A stretch of DNA of 64,000 bases from Phoronis australis. Taxonomy: Eukaryota; Animalia; Phoronida. A model generated the notes under the pieces. It did not search any database. It was not told the origin of the DNA and saw only the letters and a list, made by a program, of their open reading frames with translations. Below are positions 48,899 to 62,184 of the stretch, piece by piece. A program made the translations under genes and the position numbers. Position 1 is the stretch's first letter, and each line of letters opens with the position of its first letter. The stretch is from contig NMRA01000589.1 in NCBI GenBank assembly GCA_002633005.1, positions 30,641 to 94,640 on the forward strand. The letters run 5' to 3'.

Positions 48899-51800
48899 TT
48901 AATAGTAATCTTCAAACGACATATTTCCGCGTCTATTATGCTGATGCCTAACACCATACAGTTCCTTTTGCAGCATTGGTCCATAGATTGACAAAACGGG
49001 CCTCCGTGTAGTTTGAGTCATGTTATTGGACCACTGGTACGTATTGTCTACACTCTCATGTCTACGAATACCATAATGTCCTCGAGCTCGAATTTCTTCG
49101 CCATCAGGTTGTCCTCGCATAAAATACTCCTTCAATAAATATGGTGGCTCCCATGCAGGGCGGTATGTCTTGAGTGAGGCCTTGGGCTCGTACATATGCT
49201 CATACTTCCATGTTGAACATGTCTGAGGACCATGACGGGCATAGTCTGTTTGCCAGTAGGGAACTTCGTCATGCCAGCGGCCAGTGTAAGGCTGGAAGGT
49301 AAAATTTCACTGCATGACATCACATTCTGAAACTAGCCTAAAACACACATTCAAACACAGAGGCAACTCGACATAACAGTGGAGCATGCCTCATATTTCT
49401 AAGAGACCATTCACAATTATCGCTGTGTTCGTGCTTTAGAGATGAGACGTCACACTTGCTGCCATATGATAACTTCATAATGATGACAACAGGAAACCAA
49501 ACATCGTCTTTCCAATCATAAATACATAAAGAATTGTTTGAAAATGATTTTTTTATGTTTAGTAGCCAATCAAACTTAAATATCACAGATTTGTACATGT
49601 ACACAATATACATTTCAATAAATACTATGTGGACATTAATTCTGTTCACATTCAGGAGAAAAGCAGACCAGGAAAAGTGTATATTCTGAACACTGTGAAA
49701 ATAGTGATAAGTGAGAACTTCCCCTAACTCTAGTGCAAAAAAACTACAAAAAATGTCCAAGAAAAAATAAGGTACATGTTGCTCAGCCTGGCCCATTGCA
49801 CTATACACCCGAATCCATTTTCATTTATTAATAAACAGAATAACAACAGCATGAAAATTTTGAGACATCCAGTTTAGAAAACAACTAAAGTTTCAGTCTA
49901 GTATTGAAATAAAAACTTATAAAATTAGCGATGTTGCGTCTGCATCTCACGGACTTCAGCTTGGCTTGTCACGTTATCATTATTCTGACCATTTGGTGGC
50001 GTTTTGACCAGGTGGTGCGGCACTGACGTCAGAACACCATCCCATATGTGTGACAAATCGAATCTTAAACCGCCTCTTTTATATAAAGAGGGACTCTCAA
50101 TGCGCTCATACAGAGCTTCGTTTACACCCTTAGACTGTGAGGAAGACTGGCTCAGAAGGGGTGTTAAGGAAGCTCTCTATGAGCGCATTGAGAGTCCCTC
50201 TTTAAATAAAAGAGGCGGTTTAAGATTTGACTTGTCACAGGTAAGGGATGGGATGGTATTCTGACATCAGTGCCGCACCGTCTGGTCAAAATGCCACCAA
50301 TTAGCCAGAATAACAATAACGTCACAAGCCAAGCTGAAGTCCATGAGATGCGGACGCAACGTCTCGTTAATTTTTTATTAGTTTTTATTCCAGTATTTGA
50401 CTCAAACCAAACAGAATAACACAGACATATACACAAATTAAGACCAAGCAGAGGGGCTAGAAAAGTGATTGAAGGGTTGATGCCAGAGATTGCACTGAGG
50501 TTCAGGGGGATTTGAACCTTAGACCTTGTGAGCAGGTGGCATACACTCAACCAGACTAGACCACACTGCCTCCTCTAAATGCCCATAAAAGTTACATGTA
50601 AAAATTACAAGCACAAATTTAATAATTAGATCTTTAAAAAGATTGAGTGGCATAATTGATTCTTTTAGGTGACTGCCTATTTTCTTTCCGCATAGAAAAT
50701 TACGGCATTTTACATTGGCCAGCTTACACAAAGTGATGAAAAAAGACCTATGAACCAATTGCCTTCACTTGTTTGGATTTATTCCACAGTACTTAATCAA
50801 ATAACTATCAAGTGATTGGTAAGAGTGCAATTGATTTACAGCAGTTTGCAACTTCCCTTGTCTTCAACATTGAATTTTTCGGATTTCATGTCAGGCCTAT
50901 TACACATAGTCCACAGGTTTTGTTTTCCATCATTTCTGTGCCATGTGGCCTTTTGAATCACTTATGTGACTACTATATGGATTGACCAAAATTTCCACAT
51001 CTTTCTTTGGAAACAGGAGTTTTTAGTACTTCAATGCATATAGTTACCTGCCGATTTTGGAATTCAAGTCTTCGATAAATGTAGGAATCTCTCGGGACTT
51101 CACTAAAAGACAGAAATGCACATACTTAACAAATGACCACAAATATACCAAAATGACTTATTTACTAATTAAATCTTGAAAGTACATCAATATTTTAACA
51201 TCCCTTTGGAATTCCCATGTTAAACAATTTCATAGGATCATTGAGGCTCTTATTACAGCCAAAACAGTTGAGGCAATGCTTCTCCCTTACGGAACAGATA
51301 GGGATTCTGACTAATGACACTTTTTTCTCACATGTTCAATTCTTTTTGCACAAACTATACAACTTCTTTTCTCATGTGCATCAAAATTCTAATTTTACAG
51401 ACACATTCATGAGTCACACCCTCTGACTAAAACCATGACTTGAATGGTGCAACAATTCAAATTTGGCCATGTACTACTAGGAGCATACATGAAAACACAA
51501 GAAAAGAAATATGACATATTTGATATACACCAAAGAGGAAAGGAAATAAATTTGTCCATGACAACGTGTGCCTGTTAAGTCTACAAGCGAAGACTGCCGG
51601 CCTTACAGTATCAGTCCACAACTATATTGAGACAGGCCGAAGACAGAGTCTGAGTCAGTTATTTTCAGAACATAGGAAATGACAACGAGTGGGAACGACA
51701 CATCACACTAGGTGCAAATGTGAATGACATAAATACAAAAACATGCCTAGTTATTCCTGGCCGATGTTTTATACTGAACACAAATTATCCAAAAAATTTC

Positions 51801-53027
51801 AGCACTCAGTGAACTTCAGAGTGCATTCATCGAAATGAGTTTCCATCACCATACCTCCAGCACCGCCTGGTGGTTGCCGTGCGCAACGAAAAGCTCAGCA
51901 GATAGGTTCGTACATTTACGATGACAATTTAGCGCTGCCGTTAGCGTTTGCCATCATTCAGTATGCCAGTGTTAATAGAGAACACACTACAATGAAAAAT
52001 GCACCTTCATGCATCTATGGCCCATCACACCATAACATATAGACAAGTAAGTACTGCGTCTCCATGTATCTGTGGCCCATTCCACTGCTGAATAGTTATT
52101 ATAACTGTATTCTTTTGCTACATATAACAAGCCCAGCCAGTAAAATTCGATGTTTGACTACAATTGTTTCTGTGAATTTGTAGAAAGGGAGATTAGGGCG
52201 TGAACAGGGCAGCGCTTTGGGGTTAACAACCATCAGTACAATGGTACATGAGAATGGTCTGTGAACTGAGTGCCACTGCTTAGCACAGAAAAGAAAGCAT
52301 CACTATTCTAAAAATAAAACATCCTGTGCTGAATTGATACTCAAACATATAGTGAATGCGGCTTACAAACAGGTAGTTCAGGAGATTGACTTACTGGACT
52401 CAGTTCGAACCGTCAGAGATCACGAACATATAATACTCAACTAATTGACTCAAGCCATGTAGGACACTCAGAAAAGTATGTCTTCACAGACCAGAGGTCT
52501 CACACCCATTCCAGCGTTCAAAACCGTGACCAGAGTCATGTGACTGATATTCAAGTTCACCATAAAAACAACACGCACACACACATACACACCCGCATGG
52601 CACATACACACACAGGCGAACAAAGACAGCACCGCATGACGCCACACAACGAGAGAATACCACGTTCACAACAGACAAACCGACTAGAACATTCGAAATT
52701 TCCACGGGCACATATACCAGACACTGTGATGGCAGGGGAAATGACACAGGTCGCACTCACACTCATCGTAATTCGCGCAGTCAGGCGTCCAGACTCCTGA
52801 CAATGTCCCAACTTGCCAAGGCCCAAGCGAAGACGACCCGCCGGAGTGACGGAATTGGGTTACCGAGAAAAACTCAGCTAATGTCCCAATACTTTCTTTT
52901 ACCTTACATTTTATTCTTACCTCTGCATAACCCTGGTTGATGGATATTGGGGTTTCTTTGACGGGATACCCCAGTGGGGAGCCCGAGTATGAGGATCCAA
53001 TCCAGCAAGATCAACTTGTGCCGCCAT
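48899..53027 (-). CDS. Unidentified ~184-aa Y/R/P/H-rich protein; candidate ciliary or sperm-flagellar protein
   Basis: Exons 53027-52921 (MAAQVDLAGLDPHTRAPHWGIPSKKPQYPSTRVMQ), 51102-51048 (EVPRDSYIYRRLEFQNRQ) and 49291-48899 (PYTGRWHDEVPYWQTDYARH...SFEDYY*) join in frame with canonical splice sites. An X-box lies 29 bp upstream of the ATG. Confidence 0.7.
49846..50398. mobile_element. Fold-back pair of Penelope 3'-end/pLTR fragments
   Basis: 49846-50130 matches 61220-61490, and 50131-50398 is its inverted counterpart encoding LDCEEDWLRRGVKEALYERIESPSLNKRGGLRFDLS, the C-terminus of the Penelope GIY-YIG domain. Confidence 0.88.
50505..50570 (-). mobile_element. tRNA-derived SINE-like head
   Basis: GGCAGTGTGGTCTAGTCTGGTTGAG (A-box-like) ... 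GGTTCAAATCCCC (B box). No complete cloverleaf. Confidence 0.45.
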
Positions 53028-53055
53028 TGCTGTTTACAACGGGGTTAGAGGCTAT

Positions 53056-53069
53056 GTTACCGTGGAGAC
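53056..53069. promoter_or_regulatory. RFX X-box motif
   Basis: GTTACCGTGGAGAC (reverse complement GTCTCCACGGTAAC) fits the RFX palindrome GTNDCC-N(0-3)-RGYAAC and lies immediately upstream of the 53027 ATG. Confidence 0.6.
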
Positions 53070-56000
53070 ATGTCACGACTGAGAACAAGTTTTATAGAAT
53101 CTATTCAACAAACATTAATTACACACTTCGCGTAATTTAAAATTTAACATTTGTAAAAGTATATCGTATGAATGAAAATTAATAACGAGATGATGCTGTT
53201 GTATCGTAAGACCGTAATTGTACGGAGTTTGTCGGGTTTTACCGACCATATTTGTAGCAGACGATTTTTGATAAAGGTGTTGAGGTAGATTGTTATCGGC
53301 TTTTGAAATAACTTGCGTAGGTTTTTGAGTATTTGTTTAGTACGAATTTCTAGTAATTTCTACGCACAGGAGTGGGGAGTGAATTAGCTTCAATTGATGT
53401 TGCCTGAATATTTTATTTACCTTAAACAAATAAAATTTCGGCTAACAACCGAATGTCGCAGGCGGAGTAAGAGATTTGTTTCTGAATTTGTTCATATTTA
53501 GGCTTACTGATTTGCCATATTTTGGTGTCGAGTCCTGGTTTGTTTGATGCCATTCACTGCTTCAAACGTTCCAAAATGAAAAAAAAAACACACGAGACAC
53601 TAGAGCATTGTAAGGGCGCAAGAGGAAAATGATGTTTTTAGTCACCTTATAGTGAAATGAAACGGGGGGGGGGGGGCAAGCATTGACAACGGCGTGAGTA
53701 CGTCAATTGCATCACGTATGTCAAAAGAAGTAAATGACACATGTTTAGTCGCAAAAACAAAGAAAGGGTTGCCATTTATTTTTCCCGTTAAAACCTCTTA
53801 ACACGTCTGGTAAAAACTTTACGCAAAATTTTAAAGGGTTACAGAAAAGCTACCTCTAATCAAACTAATGATGACACGATGTCTGTTTTGTGTTTTTACG
53901 GCTTAATTATATTTCCTGGTGTACTTAGGTGGACGAAAGCGAAAGCTTTCCATCTTTTTGCGCATCTCAAATCTTAGCGTTTTGTCTTCCATACAAAAAG
54001 CTAGCGACCATTTTCCTTTAATATTTTTTATTTCGATGCCTTCATGTTTACGTGACACAAGAAAAGTGATTGCCGATCGAGTTTTTGAACTATTTTGGGT
54101 CAAACAGGCTCACAATAATTGCGCAAGTTGATCATTTCTTAAAAGCGCGCCCGGCGATTTTCAAGATAATGATTTTCTCAAGGTGTTTCACTGGATGGCA
54201 ATTATATTGAGAAGTGTGGAATGTGAAATAAATTTAGATGATGTGAACAATCTAAGTCGATAACCTTTTCTAATATATTCAAACTTCTTGTTTCACCGCG
54301 ACTAAAGGCGCACCTAATATCTGTCTAGTTTGATGTCATTGGGAAATTTGATGTCGCTTGCTATTGCTAATCGCCATACCGGTACATGTACTAGAAAAAA
54401 ATCAACGCAAATTCAATAATTCTAAATTAAAGCGGACATTGATTTAGGCCACTTTTTAACATAACGCTGACAGTTGCATGAAGAGACTGGCCGATAAGGA
54501 TTGTAATGTCTTGTTTAAAAACATGTCCTAGAAGAAATATTGACGTAAATTTTTATCACGTGTGAGTGTGTTTTTACGCAATTCTGCACAATGGCATTTA
54601 CTTCATCGTGAGTGTCACGCCGTCCAATTTCGCAGTAAGTAATTAGAAAATCTGTTTAAACCGTTCAATCTATAGCCTATTCAGATCTAGGCACATTTCC
54701 CTGGGCAGACTAGCTGGAGTGTTACCGAAAAATCAAGCCAAGGTAAATAGACCAGAAGTTGGAATGAATATAAGTAGGCCAATAGATGTTTGAAGTGCTA
54801 GAAAAGTTGAACATTGTTGTTACCATGTGTTTATTATTATAATTACAGTGGTAATAATAACGCTTGAGTATGTAGATGATCATTATTTGATATAGTGAAT
54901 ACGTGATGATTTAATGTCACCATTTCAGCAATGTTCAATTACACGTCACTACTAACCTAACCGGGTACTCACAATAACATACCTTGGCATTAGAATTGAA
55001 GCCTGGTCCGCTCAACCACCTTCTGTGCTTTGTGATCAGTTGCAACTGCTAATTCATGTACATGTATAGTTTCATTTCGGTTCATATTTTCACAGGCCGG
55101 TGTTTAAAAGTCATGCAGTCTAGAGAATTGGGTTTTACGTTTTTCAAACCAGTGCAGGTAATTATGTAATTCAGTGTTCCTTTTCAGTTAAAAGTTCGAT
55201 TTCGCACGATTATTCGTGGTTCAGAATTAGTGTGATTTATACTGGGACACCTACACATTTCAATGGCTAATTTTTAACATTTGTCCAATGAAATAATGCT
55301 AGTTCTGAGATGTGTACTGGATGTTTCTTAAATTTAAGGTTGTACATTTTTGGGTTCCAGAAGTTCACACAGGTTTGTTTCAGGGTTCAGTTTTGTCACT
55401 TTTACATTTTGCACCTAATGTACGATATTTACATTTAGATGGCGAGTAATCATTTGTTTACTACAGATTACAATCGCCGAAGGCGATGGTGGTAGTTTGG
55501 AAACTTAGGTGCGTTCAACATGAATACTTAGACAGTCACTACCTTGCAATACTACAGAACGAAATTGAACCCTCAGAGATGCGACAGTAGTCAATGGCAC
55601 AGTTAGGGGGGGGGGGGGGGGGGGNGCGGTCTCAGCGGTACAAACTTTCAGGGGGTGGCACAAAGGAGAGGTTCGTTTTGTAGATGCAAGAAGGTCGCAA
55701 AGCAGCAAGATTCGGAGAGACCACGAAAAATTACGTGAGTACGAGGTCAGTGTTTCGCAAATATGCTTGGAACCTTACAAGCGTAACCTGGCAAAATGGC
55801 AGCCACTGAAGTGGTTGGTCGGTGAAGTGTTGGAATGTTAAATTATGAAACATGTTTCGCCCAAAGTCTGAACCAGAACGTCCTCATACACGGGTACTTA
55901 AGTGGGGAACATTATTATAGTGATCGAAATCATGGGAAAGTAAATGCGCTGTTTCAAAGTCATAAAGTCATTGTTAGGCAGCGAAACGCTCCCGGTGGTA

Positions 56001-57275
56001 GGTGCCTGAGCATTTACAATTTTAAGTGTTTAAGTGTGATACTTTTTATTAAAAAACCTTGATGACTAAGGTTTAACGAGCATAAACCGTGAATAGTGGA
56101 GCTCTCATTATCATTATAGACATAGGTCTGGCAAACTTATGGACGTGTACCTTTGCCAGGCTCAGAACATCTAGACATCAGAGCAATCTTTTTAAAATTT
56201 ATTGCTCAAAATTTGATTTTCAAATTCGTTTCAGTTCAGCTGAATGGGTCATGGAATTAGGCAAAGAAATGTGCATAACAAACCATAATTACCTACCTCA
56301 GTGAGATGGGAAACCTTACGACACTTAATCTTCATTGTTTCAGCCGTTCTATAAGCAAAACTATATCACTTTAAGTGCATCGCGAGTAGTACAGGTAGCC
56401 AGTGGAAAGGGAGAGGGGGATAGGCGGAGCGAAATTGGTGGGGCTGGGGATCAGGGACGGTGCGACAACAGGCATCAGTGGTACCGGCGGGCACTATATC
56501 TTCCGCCCAAGTTCCAATAGTCCGGGCTACAAACAGCATTGACAGTATTCAAGCAACTAGCCATGATTGTAACGCCAACGTTTTCTCACTCTCAAAAGCC
56601 GACGTGGCATGGTATAGGTGGTGCTGATCAAAGCCGGCGTGAAAACGGCAATTGCTAATCTCCCAAGTCTATGCGAGAAAAATAGCTAAAGAGCCGAGAC
56701 TGATTAGAGGAATGACCTCCAAAATAGTATTTGGGAACAAAATGGAGAGCTATACTGTCGTGTAGAACATTTCCAGTTATGCCGACCTTTGGTAAACAGC
56801 GTGGGTTTGCATTGCTCTCCTGCAAATCTAGAATTGCTCTTGAAAAACTGATGATGTGTCTTTGAATATACGTAATCGATTGAAATCTCTCGCGTAGTCT
56901 CAAAAAATTCGATGAGATCGGCCCAGTCGGCTGTATAATTACGAAAATGGACAAAGCTTCTAACCTGTGCATGTTTTGGGAAACAACTATTACAAGAGGC
57001 TTGAACTCTCAAATTACATTCCTGGCAAAATGAGCTCCGATTCTGGTGGTACCCGAAGGTCACGTGGTTCCACAGTCGCATATTTTTGCGAAAACAAAAG
57101 CAAAAAGAAAAGTATTCATGTTAGAAAATCGAAATACTCTGGATAGACAGACTCCGAACAACTTCTAAAAATGTTGCATACATTCTTGTAAATCTGTTCA
57201 ACTTTGCTTCACTGTCCCCGATTAAGTAACTTCAAATCTCCCGATTCGTTCCAACAACTGCTTTTTTACTTCCAG

Positions 57276-60200
57276 GAGCAAAATGTGCGAAACAACAATC
57301 AACAGATGCAATCCTTTTTCACGCCACTTCATAAAGAACAAGTGACAGGTATCTTCAAAACTATGGCACGGCATTTAAAAGCCTCTATTACGATTTCGTT
57401 TCGCCTATTTAGTTATTTAGTAATTCGCATCTGGATGTTTGGAAGTCTGATTTGTGTCCTGTTAACGTTGAATTTTGTCAATTAGTGATGTAAGCAACGT
57501 ACATTATACATGAAGCCAACACTCAGTAAAGTACAACAAAGGGAAAGCTGAAATATTACCAGTTTATTTGAACACAGAATCTGAATGTCATCGGACCAGC
57601 CAAGAATGTGAGGAAGGTACTAAACTTACCTCACTCCACGGACGCCTTCAGCAAGAAGCGGATAAAATTCGGAAGTGGAAAACTCACACTGAAATAGAGC
57701 TTAAACAGAAGGTACTTTAGTTGATTATGTATGATTTATTTTGGAATGTATGCATGTATCAACGTTTGGAGTTTTCTGTTTCCAATATTTCATAGTTTAG
57801 AGTACAGGCACATGTAGTAACACCCGTATGTCAAACGCATACGTTCATGGAAATCCTAATTTTAAACAGAAATGATTTTACATTTTTTAAAGCTTAATTT
57901 GAATTCTTGTTGCCTTCAATGCAGTTTTATTTTTACGATTGCAGGACAAAGTTATAACAGAGAATAAGAAGACTGTTGAAGCTTTAAGGAAATCTATCCT
58001 CCAAGTTCAAGTAAACAATGCATTACAAGAATATTCCTAAAACTCAGTATTTAAATTAATAGTTGAGGCCACATACCAATTCTAGTTCATTTTTATAGAA
58101 AAAATAACTTTCACTGTTTTTTAGTGTTGACCATTTTGCTGCATAGATTGTTATTTTGTCATGTGTATGATAATTTTGTTCTTAAAGCAAATTTTTAAAA
58201 GCTGACTTGTTACAAACTTATTAACATGTTTAAATTCAAAACACTTTACTGTGTAATATTGTAGCTGCAGAATGAAAGCCTTAGTTTGAAACTTAAGGAA
58301 GAAATAGACAACAGAAACGAAATTCAACTTAAGTAAGTAATTAGTTCTAAATTCGTCTTCCAACTTTTCTACTGTAGCTCTTAAGTGAAATGTGCTGTTA
58401 ATCAACATGTATCAATTTCTTGTTTAATTACAAGTGACGTATGGTAACTTTATTTTTAAGTGAACCTGGAAATTGGAAATAATCAGGGGTTTATGTTGGT
58501 TATTATATTTCATGTCATCATCATTGGTAGCTTTTGTTTAACTTTTTCTAGATTGGAATCTACACGTGACATGTGTAACTTACTGAAGAGTCATACTTCG
58601 AAGATTGACGAGCAATTGTCAGTTTGTAAGTACTGTGAATTTCTCACTTTTGACGTCTTTTTGTGTCAGTACTCGCCAAGACTGCAATGTTGGTATCAGA
58701 TAGTTTGACCTTTGATATTCACATACTATGTTAATAAGTTTTATTGTTTTACTTTTAAAAGGTGAAACGGAAAGAACAGAACTGAAGTATCTCGAAAAAG
58801 AGCACGCGAAGCAATTTGAAGAATTAGCGCAACAGTTTGACCATTTGAGCATATCATCGGAAGAAATGGTAGCAAAAATTAAGAGTAATTGTGAGTATGA
58901 CAAGCAATTCCTAATTTATTTTTTGATGCATGGATATTTGACTGTTATGTAAATCGTAACCATCACTTCAAGTCGAAGAGCAATCAATCATGATCTGGCA
59001 TTGTTAAGTTTTCACTAATGAAGATGACGGAATTTGGAGTTTGATAAATGTCACTTGAAACTACCGTAACTGGTTACAGTGGAGACACAAGAACGGAAGA
59101 ACAAAGAATTGTCTGAGCTGCATTCAAGTGAATTGAACAAGGTCAAGAATGAGGTACTGTATATGAGATGACACACTGGCCTTTTACAACCTATGAATAT
59201 GTTGGAAATTAACGTTTGCATTATTGTTTGCACCTGTTTTGTTATAACGTCCATGCTGTTTCTCCTACTCTTACTTTTCAGATCAGCAATGTGAATGAAA
59301 GTCTTACCCAAAGCACGCGGCAAGTGGAAACCTTGAATTCAGAAGTTCACACAAGGGACGAGAAGATTACTTGTCTGGAAAACGAACTACGTACCGAATG
59401 CATAATTTTCATTTGTTATTGATTACACCTTGTTAGTGTTTTCAATCTGATTTAAAGTATAGCTGAAAAAGCACTCCTAAACTTAAGGCAATCAATTTAC
59501 TTATAGGCGAGTCTATTGAAGGCACTAATTTGTTCTATGTTCATACAAGGACAAAAAATACTAAAAAATTCACATAAAACTGCTCAAAAATGCTATTTTG
59601 TCTTTATCAGTTATTTTTTTAGCTTTGTAACTTTAGGTGTAGTTAAATGATATTATCATTTTACGTTATGCAAGTCGTCATACAAAAACAAACGTCATTA
59701 ATTCAATTAAAAAGTTTAGTGAAAGCTATTGTTCATTTTACTTTAAACCCACCTCATGTTAAAAATATCATTTGTTTTAGACCACGTCCCGTTATAAAAC
59801 TGTTCTCAGCTTTTTCCTTGCTTAACTTGTCACTTCTAATTCGACTAAAGAACAATTTGAAACCAGTTTGGTAATTGCAAATAGTGTAAATCGAATTTAG
59901 GTATTTTTTGTTAGAAGGCTGGTGTATAGAAACTTTGAGTATTCTTCTTTGGTCTGTCATTATATCTTGATTTAGGTTTCACAAAGGCTACCCTGGAGGA
60001 AACATCAAAGGAATTGTCTACTAGAGTTAACGAGTTGCAGTGCATAGAGAAAGAATACACAGATCTCGAGGTAAAGACAATTCTAGACAATCCTTTATTC
60101 TTATGTTATTATTTGAGCCGCTAAAAAGTATAAAACGAAAGGAACTGTGACTGGATTTAGCAACTACTTAAAATTTTGCTTCAATATTTAAAGGAGTGCA

Positions 60201-60955
60201 CGCTCCTGTAAGTCACAGTATGTTCCTTCAGTTTTTTACGTGGTCCTAAATTAGCCAGCCTCAAAGTCATGTGATCTATGAGCAAAAGCCCTGCCTTAGT
60301 TGACATAATGAATTTCTTCAAGGAAGAGCACTTGAGACAGAAAACCGTCTCAGAAGAGTTATCTCAGCAGTTGTCTGCAACCCAAGCAAACCTGAACGAA
60401 TCTACTGCTGCCTACGAAGGAAAATTAAATGAGAGAAATCTGAAAAATGAAGCACTTCAAGAGGCAATAGATAAAGAAAAAAAGAGGTACACTGGAATGA
60501 TTATCTTATACCAGCATTGGTTTTACAGACTATTGGAACATCTGTCTTGTGACAAAATCCGAATGTCGTTGACAATACAAATTCAGTGTTGTGAGAATAG
60601 ATTTTGATTACATATTCTATAGGTAACTTTCGTTAAATTTCCATAACCATGTTTACTTTTAATTTTTGGAGTCAAACCAAGAAGAGCAACTATATTACTG
60701 AAGTTTGTTGAAAACAGTTTGTTACTACTTGTGAACCTGTTTCTTGGGTGACAACGGACGACGACGGCTTTTGGACGGATCCGCTTAGTTGCAATTTTAT
60801 TATTTTAGTCATATTCTGAAAATAGATTTATCGTAAGGAGATGGTGACATCTTTTAATTTCCGGATAAATACGACGTATTGTTCCAGGTATAAGGACTTA
60901 GAAACCAACTACAGAAAATCGCTGTTGTCAATAGAGGATCTAAAAAGCGACAAAG
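57276..60955 (+). CDS. SYCP1: Synaptonemal complex protein 1, 5' part (no stop reached; continues downstream)
   Basis: In-phase exons 57276-57348, 57578-57711, 57945-58010, 58265-58332, 58552-58625, 58762-58890, 59080-59153, 59282-59390, 59976-60070, 60323-60486 and 60888-60955. LTSLHGRLQQEADKIRKWKTHTEIELKQKDKVITENKKTVEALRKSILQVQLQNESLSLKLKEEI...STRDMCNLLK matches the conserved SYCP1 N-terminal motif (LYKEAEKIKKWK...TRHLCNLLK), followed by coiled coil. Start codon uncertain (57306 or an upstream exon). Confidence 0.9.
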
Positions 60956-61219
60956 GTAAGTCCATGCTATGCAGTCAAATTCCGTTCCTTCGCAGCACCC
61001 CCATGTGACAATGATAGTGCTCCTATTGGCAGCGATATGACACAATGAATATCTGCTGTAGACACTTTGACGCATGCCCGAATCATTGGAATCTCATGCC
61101 AAATCATGGTTTATGTCCGTTCTTGTTATGGATGTTCACTGGTCTTGTGGCTTAAGATTTATGCACATAACGAGATTTAACTTCTGGGCATACTTTTAAG
61201 CGTTGAACCTCTTCTGATA

Positions 61220-62158
61220 ACAGTATGAAAATTTTGAGACATCCAGTTGAGAAAACAAATAATACTAGAATAAAAACTTACAAAAATTAGAGACGTTGCG
61301 TCTGCATCTTAGGGCCTTCAGCTTGGCTTTTGACGTTATCGTTATTCTGGCCAATTGGTGGCGTTTTGACCAGACGGCGCGGCGTTGACGTCAGAACACC
61401 ATCCCATAAGTGACAAATCGAATCTTAAACCACCTCTTTTATTTAAAGAGAGACTCTCAATGCGCTCACGGAGAGCTTCCTTTACACCCCTTCCTCACAG
61501 TCTAGAATAGTGACATCATCAGCATTGAAGTCATGTCCAGTGGCGCACAGGTGGCTAATGGGGATCCTTACACTGAACACCATAGGCAACACCTGATTTA
61601 TTATCCCTGGGGGTCTTGTCTTTGACATTAACCAGTTGTCTGGGAGGGATTTAAACAGTTTGTGGATGATAAAAATGTCAAACTTTTTAAATGTCCTCTT
61701 GAGGCAGTCAGAAAGACCCTGGTCGTAGGGAATCATCACACGATTAGGAGAACTCATAGTAGTGATTGTCTGAGTGCTTACTTTACTCCTCTCTGATCTT
61801 TCCGCTTTGGTGAACGACCAATGTGCGGGATAATTGCATTTGGCAAGAGCATCTTTAGTGTAGTTCAGTTCCTCAGAAATGGTCGAAGGATCGCAAATGA
61901 TAGTGTCAGCTCTGTGGTTCAATGAGCGAATCACACCCAGGTTGTGGATGAGAGGATGGTTGGAGACAAATTGCAAATAGTGATCAGTGTGAGTACTCTT
62001 TCCTGTTTAATGGTGACTAAACAGTCCAGAAAAGGTAGCTTGCCGTCTTTACAGCTGGGTTCCTGAGTGAATTTGATGTTTGGGTCAAACTCAATTATGA
62101 ACTTGAAGAAGGCATAGAGTTCATTCTTGCACATAATAGCAATCGTGTCGTCCACATA
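61220..62158 (-). mobile_element. Decayed Penelope-like retroelement (RT C-terminus, partial GIY-YIG, 3' end)
   Basis: Reads YVDD...DPNIKFTQE...LPFLDCLV, NHPLIHNLGVIRSLNHRA, IPYDQGLSD and HLCATGHDF...ILDCE. Frameshifted. Confidence 0.9.
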
Positions 62159-62184
62159 NGGGGGGGGGGGGTGGCCAGGGTACT

